IMG/VR virus record: IMGVR_UViG_3300025121_000017
Origin: an uncultured virus (IMG/VR IMGVR_UViG_3300025121_000017)
Taxonomy: Duplodnaviria > Heunggongvirae > Uroviricota > Caudoviricetes
DNA: 64,000 bases
Strand: one strand, 5' to 3'
Part shown: positions 57,742 through 64,000 of the stretch, piece by piece
Numbering within the stretch: the first letter of the stretch is position 1
Layout of the letters: every line of letters begins with the position of its first letter
The notes under the pieces: generated by a model
Seen by the model: the letters and a program-made list of their open reading frames with translations, nothing else
Databases searched by the model: none
Told to the model about the DNA's origin: nothing
Program-made: the position numbers and the translations under genes

Positions 57742-60254
57742 GCCTGGTCCGCATGAGAGAGCTCCTCAAAGGCGACGACAAGCCCCGCTTCATCACCCTG
57801 GGCGAAGGCCCCGACCGCAAGGTCGTGCCGCTTGGCCCTGACGGTAATCTCCACGGCGACCCGCCGGAGCACGTGCGTGCGAAGATCGAAGCCGGTACGA
57901 AGGACCCGGAGAAGAGGGCGGCGTGGGCTGCGAGACGTGCGGGCGCAGCCCCGACGCACGAGGCCGGCGAGCCCGACCCGCACGCAGAGCACAGAGAGAA
58001 GCTCGTCAAGCGAGTGCGTGAGCTCGGGAACAGCGCCAGAGCGGAGCAGGTGTTCGGGAAACCTCAAAGATACGTCAGGCGCGGACGAGACCCTGAGACA
58101 GGACAGTCGCTCCTCGACACGGTCGACCAGCCGCGCAGCTGGCCCTTCGAAGCTGTGCCGTGGGACGCTAAGTTCGGCCTCGAGCACGATGATCGTTTCG
58201 AGCCGGACCCGCGCCGTGAAGGTGCCTGGCGGATCAAAGGCGAGTCCACGCTGCAAGATCGTCCGTGGGAGCTGATGAGAGACGCGCACCACGATGCGTT
58301 GTACCACTACAACCACGAACGCGACATGGCGCTCTACCACCCGAAGGCCAAGCAGGCGGACGCCGACTGGGCACTCCAGTCCACGCGCGGCGAATTGGCA
58401 CGCTTGCTCCATACAGCCACAACGTACTCCTGGAACGTGCCGCCCGCTGTGAAGAAGGACGCGGAAGCGTATAGTTCCGCGTGGGACCGCGCGTACAGCC
58501 AGGGCAAGTGGCGGGACAAGCACCCGCCGGAGGATGCGGAGGGGAAACTCGAGGCTGCACGAAGTAAGCTGGTCGCGCACGCCAAACGGCTCCGTGGCAC
58601 GCCAGAGGGTGATGCACTTTTCCGGCACGTCGGGGACAGGTACTCCACCCCCGTCGAGGATGCGCTTGACAGGTATGCAGAGCACGAGCAGGCACACGCA
58701 GAGGCGAAAAAGGCAGTCGACGCTGTTGCGGTACGGTACCCTGAGAAGGGGGACTGGCAGTCGACGGTGCAAGCCGCGCTGGACCGCGGCGAGCCGCTGC
58801 CGTATGGCGCCGCCAAGGCTCTCTGGACTGAGTTCAAGGATACACACGGGCACAGCGCGTCCTTCAAGGCTTACATGGACGTGCACGCGCAACACCCGGC
58901 TGATATGAGCCCAGAGACCGCCGCACGCAACGCGACTGTGCGCAAGGTCCCGATCGGGCAGGGGCATGTCTTCTCTGCCGAGTTCCAACACCCGCACGGA
59001 ACGTGGCAGGAGACCGTCACGCCTGAGGGGGACGAACGTTACACGATGACAGAGGACCAGGCGCGCGATAAGGCGCAGCAGCAGATACGTGAGCGCGGGC
59101 AGAAGAAGCCGTCTAATGTCCCGGACTGGTTCGCACAGGAGCATCCAGAGCACGGTGCTTCGCTCAAGGACATGCTGCGTGTGGAAGGTGATAGCGACGA
59201 CCCTGCCGTGCGCGCCGGGGTCGCTTCTCTCGCGAAGTTCCCCGCACCGCTACTCGCCGCGCTGCGTACTCACGGCATGAACGGCATCCACATCGGGAAC
59301 GTCAACACTCCGGACCTCGACGACCTGGGGTATCTGCGGGACATCAAACGAACCGCCGAGGCGTGGGACGACCGCGCTACCTGGGACGAGATCGGCGGGG
59401 CCTTCTCGCACAGCAACAACGTCGCAGCCACAGGGACGCTACAGGAACGAATGGCGCCGAGCCGTGCGGCGCATGTGACTCTTCACGAAGTCGGGCATGC
59501 GCTCGGGGACAATCTTGGATTAAATGACCACCCAGAGCTGATCGCTGCCCACACTCGTCTCGCCAAAGGGCATAGACTCGTGCCTTACCTGCACCGGACA
59601 GGCGAAGGGGATGACATCGGGCGACGAGAGCTGTTGGCGGAAGGCTTCGCGCACCTACTCGGGCACGGTCCGACGCATGCAGCGTCACTGTATGATAGAG
59701 CGTACGTGCGCTTCCTTCAGCGTCACATTGCCCACTACGGCGGCCCGGCTGTTCCGGCGGCTACTCCAGCTGATTTGCCGTTCGATGAGTATGCCACGGA
59801 GGAGCGGAAGACGGTTGCGCACAAGCTTCTGGCCGATCGTGCGCGTAAGTTGGACGTTCAGCTCGCACAGAACGCGGTGACGGAGGCAGAGGAGCAACTC
59901 ACTCGCCATCAACAGGCTGCGCGCGAGGACAGCTGGAGCTGGGACGAGTCTCAGAAAGAGCGTCACGCAAAGACGACGCAAGACAGCGAGAGCGAACTTA
60001 AACACTTCCAAAAAGAACTACGCGAAGCCAAGAAACACGAGTACACTGCTGCTTATTTGGGGGTTACAGGTGCTCTCCAAGGCGCGCACAACAGTTGGGC
60101 ACGCCTGGCGGATCTTGAAACCGGCGAGACCCCAATCGGCGATGAAGACGACCGCGCGATTCTGCGTGCGTGGGCCAAGCGCGTAGAAGAGCGGCACGTC
60201 GACCCGGAGCTGCACGCTCGCCTCAAGAAATTCATGAAGGCCAACAAGATTTGA
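57738..60254 (+). CDS. 838-aa polyvalent protein with anthrax-LF-like zincin metallopeptidase
   Basis: LLKG then RFITLGEG..VVP.GPDG.L.GDPP (also at ~53040); TLHEVGHALG (59484)...ELLAEGFA. Confidence 0.8.
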   Translation: MSLVRMRELLKGDDKPRFITLGEGPDRKVVPLGPDGNLHGDPPEHVRAKIEAGTKDPEKRAAWAARRAGAAPTHEAGEPDPHAEHREKLVKRVRELGNSARAEQVFGKPQRYVRRGRDPETGQSLLDTVDQPRSWPFEAVPWDAKFGLEHDDRFEPDPRREGAWRIKGESTLQDRPWELMRDAHHDALYHYNHERDMALYHPKAKQADADWALQSTRGELARLLHTATTYSWNVPPAVKKDAEAYSSAWDRAYSQGKWRDKHPPEDAEGKLEAARSKLVAHAKRLRGTPEGDALFRHVGDRYSTPVEDALDRYAEHEQAHAEAKKAVDAVAVRYPEKGDWQSTVQAALDRGEPLPYGAAKALWTEFKDTHGHSASFKAYMDVHAQHPADMSPETAARNATVRKVPIGQGHVFSAEFQHPHGTWQETVTPEGDERYTMTEDQARDKAQQQIRERGQKKPSNVPDWFAQEHPEHGASLKDMLRVEGDSDDPAVRAGVASLAKFPAPLLAALRTHGMNGIHIGNVNTPDLDDLGYLRDIKRTAEAWDDRATWDEIGGAFSHSNNVAATGTLQERMAPSRAAHVTLHEVGHALGDNLGLNDHPELIAAHTRLAKGHRLVPYLHRTGEGDDIGRRELLAEGFAHLLGHGPTHAASLYDRAYVRFLQRHIAHYGGPAVPAATPADLPFDEYATEERKTVAHKLLADRARKLDVQLAQNAVTEAEEQLTRHQQAAREDSWSWDESQKERHAKTTQDSESELKHFQKELREAKKHEYTAAYLGVTGALQGAHNSWARLADLETGETPIGDEDDRAILRAWAKRVEERHVDPELHARLKKFMKANKI

Positions 60255-60264
60255 GGATCTCGCT

Positions 60265-63200
60265 ATGTCCGATTCGATCCTGGTGAGCGACACGCTGCCC
60301 GATGGCACGCACATCGACTATTACCGTAAGCGCACGTCTGCGGACATCGACCCGCCGACGACAGCGGAGATGGCGTTGCAGGGCATCCGGGAGAGTCTGG
60401 CGGAGGAGAGTGACAGCTTCAAGGGCCGTACCTCCGCCCCCGTCCTCCACCACCTCCGCCGCCTCGGACACGACGATGCCTCTATCGCCGCCATGCCCGC
60501 GTCCGACCTGGCCCGCCACGCCGCAGCCGCGCGGCATCGCGTCCAGGTTGACCCGTTCCCTGGCTTCAACCGCGTCGAGCACCCTTTCGTCGGGCGCATC
60601 GTATGGCACGGCCTGCCGATCGGCGTCGAGAACGAGGCCGGCAGTCATCGCGAAGGCGTGGACAAGGACGGCACACCGTGGCGCTGTATGGTCCCGTCCC
60701 ACTACGGCGAGCTGCAAGGCATGCCAGGCCCTGGCAACGCTGGGCTCACGGACGCCTATTCGCCGGACGGTGACCGCTGGGATCTGATGGTCGATCCACA
60801 CGGTCACCACGACGCGCCGGACCCGATGGCGCACACCGTCCGGCAGATGAACGAGACCGGGGAGTTCGACGAGCCGAAGACGGTGCTGGGCTCGCCATCG
60901 GCCGGGTCCGCCAGAGCGCTCTACCTAGCACACTTCAACGACGGGAAGGCTGAACAACGCTTCGGTGGGATGATCTCGCACCCGATCGAAGAGTTTAAGA
61001 GCGTCATCTCGGACCCGGAGAGGCGGGCGGCGCTGCTTGAGCAGCTGCGGACCGGGGAGGGCATGGAGTCTCCGGGGCCAATGCCTGTGGTCGATTTGAC
61101 GGAGCAGAGCAGGGGGGACGGGAGGATCGCGCTGCCGCACCCGGGGGTGGGGACGCGGTATGACATCCGGACTGGACTCGAGCGGATGTTTGACGCGCAC
61201 CTGAATGGGGCGGGACGGCTGCTGGTCCGGCGGAGCGAGCTGCAGAAAGGCTTTGACCCGAGCGAGGCACGTGACGCGCATGGGCGGTGGACAGCAGAGC
61301 TGCGAAGCAAAGTGGCAGCCTGGCACGGGCTCGACCTTCCAATACACGGAGATGAGATCGACGGTGTCAACGTCGACGACTACGCGTCGGCCCACCAAGA
61401 GGATACGATCTCAGCGTTCGCCAAGGCGCTGGGAGTGCCCTACACAGAAGCGGAGCCGCACGCCGTCCAGGCTGTCGAAGAGTATGCGAGCCGCGTGCGT
61501 GCCGCCGGAGATGACCTGCGGATGGTCCGCAACAAATCTTTCCCCGCGAAGGTGCGCAAGATGCAAGAAATTGGACAGCACCACGCCGAGGAGGATGGGG
61601 AAGACATTTCTCCCATGGAAGTGCACCACCGTGCCCACCACATTCTGCACCACAGCGGAGTGCAGACGGGCGACACCGAGTACCGTAAGCTGGTGAAGGC
61701 GTATGAAGACGCGCATCGCCGCCCCGCAAAAGCCATGGCCAAGGGTACCCCCGGCGTCGGCGTCTCGGATAGCGGACCGAGCACCCCGCAGGATCTGGAG
61801 GGCGCTCCGCACCGGCTCGACGGACGATCGCTGGACTTTCGCCCCGGTGTCCGGGAGGAGCTCGAGAAGCTGGCGGAAAAGGGCCGGGACGTGTCCGGGG
61901 AGGCGAGGGACAGTAAGGGGCGCTGGACCGGCGAGCCCTGGCAGCGCAACGCGCGCGATCACGAGGCCGCCGCCACAGAGACAGAGCACGCCCCCGTGTT
62001 CGATGAGGACACCGCGAGGAAGATACGCGCCGCGTGGGGCAGTCAGACGAAGATCAAGAAGGTGGCGATGGAGCACGCGCGCGCCGCAGGGGCCGCCGGA
62101 CTCTTTGGCATGCCGGAGGCGCAATTCTACTCGAGGGCTCGCGCCTACATGGAGTCCGGGAAGATTCCCACGCTCGCCGTAGAGAAAGAGATGCCGTTCA
62201 GCGAGTCACTGGCGCGCAAGGAGGCCGCTCGAAAGGAATGGGTGGCGTCCACTACCGCAGCGTTCCACGCGGGAAAACCTGTGCCGTTCACGCACTTAAA
62301 CTCCGCGCAGGAAACGCGGAAGCTCCCAAAAGAGCTGGCGCGGACCATGGGCCACGCGGACTATGTCAAGCGGATGACTGATCGTCACGGCGCGTCCGCT
62401 GACGTCGCGAGCCAGGTGTGGGCACAAGAGCACCCTGGCGTGCCCCTGTCTGCCGCTCCGACGCAAGAAGACGCCCTCCGCAGTATGTCCGATGAGGAGC
62501 TCGACGCCGCGGTGATCGACGCGTACCAGGCGGACCCTGATTCTGCGCGTGAAGAGACCCGTGCGCTGTTCGCGGAGTCGGATCGGCGGCACGCGATGCA
62601 CAAGGGCCGCGACACCTCCTCAGAGCCTCGCGACGCACACGGGCGGTGGACCGAAGTCGCCTCCCACGCCGAGCGCCACGGCGACCTCAAATACACTCAT
62701 TACTCCACCCGAGACGGCTCCCTGCAGCCCGATCGCGGTCCAGCTCTGCGCGTCGGGGTGTCCCACGTCAACGAAGCGGTAGAGCGGGGCCACATCGAGC
62801 CCTACATCGGAGACGGCTACGAGATCGGCGGCTCCGTCCGGTACAGACACGCGACACCGGACAGCTCAACCCGGCAGGAGCGCGCAGAACGGGGCACGCT
62901 GCTGGCACTGGCAGACTTCCACGCGAGGGAGGTGCAGAAGCACGAGGAACGGTGGGGCGCGAGTGAGACGTACCGTCCGGCCATTCATCGGAGCCAGGTG
63001 CTCAACTCGGGACTGGCGAGCGCTAAGACGCTCGAGAAGCTGGAGAAGCGGGGGTTGATCGAGGGGAACACGACGCGGACCACGCACAGCGAACTGAGGA
63101 AAATGGCGAACACGTTCGGGAAGTGGAACGGGACGAAGTCGTATGAGAGCAGCGAGACGATCTACCGGATGACGCCGAGGGGGCTGGAGGAGGCGGAGAA

Positions 63201-64000
63201 GTTGCGGGGAGAGAAAAATGCGGAGAAGGGGGTACAGCCTCACGACGTAGAGGACGAGAACCGCGACCGAGGCGGCAAGTTCTCGACGACGGAAGGACGC
63301 ACCGAAGAGGGTCCCGATGCTGCGCAGGTGTCCAACTGGATTCACGATCAAGGGTCCAAGGAGGTCAAGCACCCCGGACTCAAGCCCACAGAGATTGGAG
63401 AGCATGGTGCGACGTTCAGAACTGGCCATCCGGTCGACGTGCACTACCATCGCAACACTGAGAAAGCGCCCAAGGCGAAGCACCTGACCCAAGATTTCGG
63501 GCAGGCAATCGAACCTTCTGGACGCTATATGCTGCACGACCACGATCGAGGCGCGCCTGCGTTTCCGGGGTGGGAGAAGGGAAAAGTGCAGTTCAAGAAT
63601 CCCATCGTACTCGAGCACGGCACTACGACGTCCGAGCCCCATGGGTGGAAGGCGCGCTTATCGGCCGCGTTTGGCGGTAAGAAGGGCAAGGCATTGTCCA
63701 AGGCTATCGCGGAGCGCGGACACGACGGAATCGTCACAGTAGAGGAGTACCAGCATGCGGGAAAGACGCATCGGAATACGTCCGAGATTGTAGATTTGAC
63801 ACACCTTCAGGCTCGCGGCATGGATAAGGGTAGCTACGCAGAACGTCGATCCTGGCTTCAGCAGGCAGCGGGACGCCCCGTTGTGGTAGAATCCGACGCC
63901 GAGAAAGGCCGCCGCCTCGACCCCGACTCCATAGCCGGCTGGCGCACGAATCCCGAAACCCACACCATCTTCCCCGTCACGGAGTCTCAAGCCAAAGAGC
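60265..64000 (+). CDS. polyvalent protein, >1245 aa, 3'-truncated: inorganic pyrophosphatase-like and ART-PolyVal-like domains
   Basis: Manually translated, no stop to window end; GLPIGVEN.AGS.R.G...HYG...DGD...FDE.K (60600-61000); FKNP...GHDGIV...SEIV (63590-63795). Confidence 0.85.
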   Translation, partial: MSDSILVSDTLPDGTHIDYYRKRTSADIDPPTTAEMALQGIRESLAEESDSFKGRTSAPVLHHLRRLGHDDASIAAMPASDLARHAAAARHRVQVDPFPGFNRVEHPFVGRIVWHGLPIGVENEAGSHREGVDKDGTPWRCMVPSHYGELQGMPGPGNAGLTDAYSPDGDRWDLMVDPHGHHDAPDPMAHTVRQMNETGEFDEPKTVLGSPSAGSARALYLAHFNDGKAEQRFGGMISHPIEEFKSVISDPERRAALLEQLRTGEGMESPGPMPVVDLTEQSRGDGRIALPHPGVGTRYDIRTGLERMFDAHLNGAGRLLVRRSELQKGFDPSEARDAHGRWTAELRSKVAAWHGLDLPIHGDEIDGVNVDDYASAHQEDTISAFAKALGVPYTEAEPHAVQAVEEYASRVRAAGDDLRMVRNKSFPAKVRKMQEIGQHHAEEDGEDISPMEVHHRAHHILHHSGVQTGDTEYRKLVKAYEDAHRRPAKAMAKGTPGVGVSDSGPSTPQDLEGAPHRLDGRSLDFRPGVREELEKLAEKGRDVSGEARDSKGRWTGEPWQRNARDHEAAATETEHAPVFDEDTARKIRAAWGSQTKIKKVAMEHARAAGAAGLFGMPEAQFYSRARAYMESGKIPTLAVEKEMPFSESLARKEAARKEWVASTTAAFHAGKPVPFTHLNSAQETRKLPKELARTMGHADYVKRMTDRHGASADVASQVWAQEHPGVPLSAAPTQEDALRSMSDEELDAAVIDAYQADPDSAREETRALFAESDRRHAMHKGRDTSSEPRDAHGRWTEVASHAERHGDLKYTHYSTRDGSLQPDRGPALRVGVSHVNEAVERGHIEPYIGDGYEIGGSVRYRHATPDSSTRQERAERGTLLALADFHAREVQKHEERWGASETYRPAIHRSQVLNSGLASAKTLEKLEKRGLIEGNTTRTTHSELRKMANTFGKWNGTKSYESSETIYRMTPRGLEEAEKLRGEKNAEKGVQPHDVEDENRDRGGKFSTTEGRTEEGPDAAQVSNWIHDQGSKEVKHPGLKPTEIGEHGATFRTGHPVDVHYHRNTEKAPKAKHLTQDFGQAIEPSGRYMLHDHDRGAPAFPGWEKGKVQFKNPIVLEHGTTTSEPHGWKARLSAAFGGKKGKALSKAIAERGHDGIVTVEEYQHAGKTHRNTSEIVDLTHLQARGMDKGSYAERRSWLQQAAGRPVVVESDAEKGRRLDPDSIAGWRTNPETHTIFPVTESQAKE

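Noticed and set aside
57495..59153. Long antisense ORFs (this one, 1498-2736, 22180-23244 and similar)
   Set aside because: Shadow frames of GC-rich + strand genes with no motifs or RBS

Overview
GC-rich, densely coding segment of a large tailed-phage (or phage-plasmid) genome, almost all on the + strand; the host cannot be determined. It contains: a replication module (iteron-like origin, leftward P-loop helicase-like gene, a candidate counter-transcribed sRNA, XRE regulators); many small accessory genes driven by a repeated GTCATTGACA promoter; a ~1500-aa primase with Macro, DUF4326, NADAR-like and SLOG domains nested inside it and an ASCH domain in front; Dam methylase, portal, amidase endolysin, fibre-like proteins and a ParB-like protein; two solo TnpB loci with conserved omega-RNA ends; and four large proteins (the last runs off the window and is missing from the ORF track), three with recognisable polyvalent-protein domains. 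Their modules are separated by a recurring [M/L/A]-x-K-G motif, often followed by an RDxxG(K/R)(F/W) tag, which suggests protease-processed cargo polyproteins. No tRNA, rRNA or CRISPR array was seen. All domain calls come from motif recognition by eye, not database searches.
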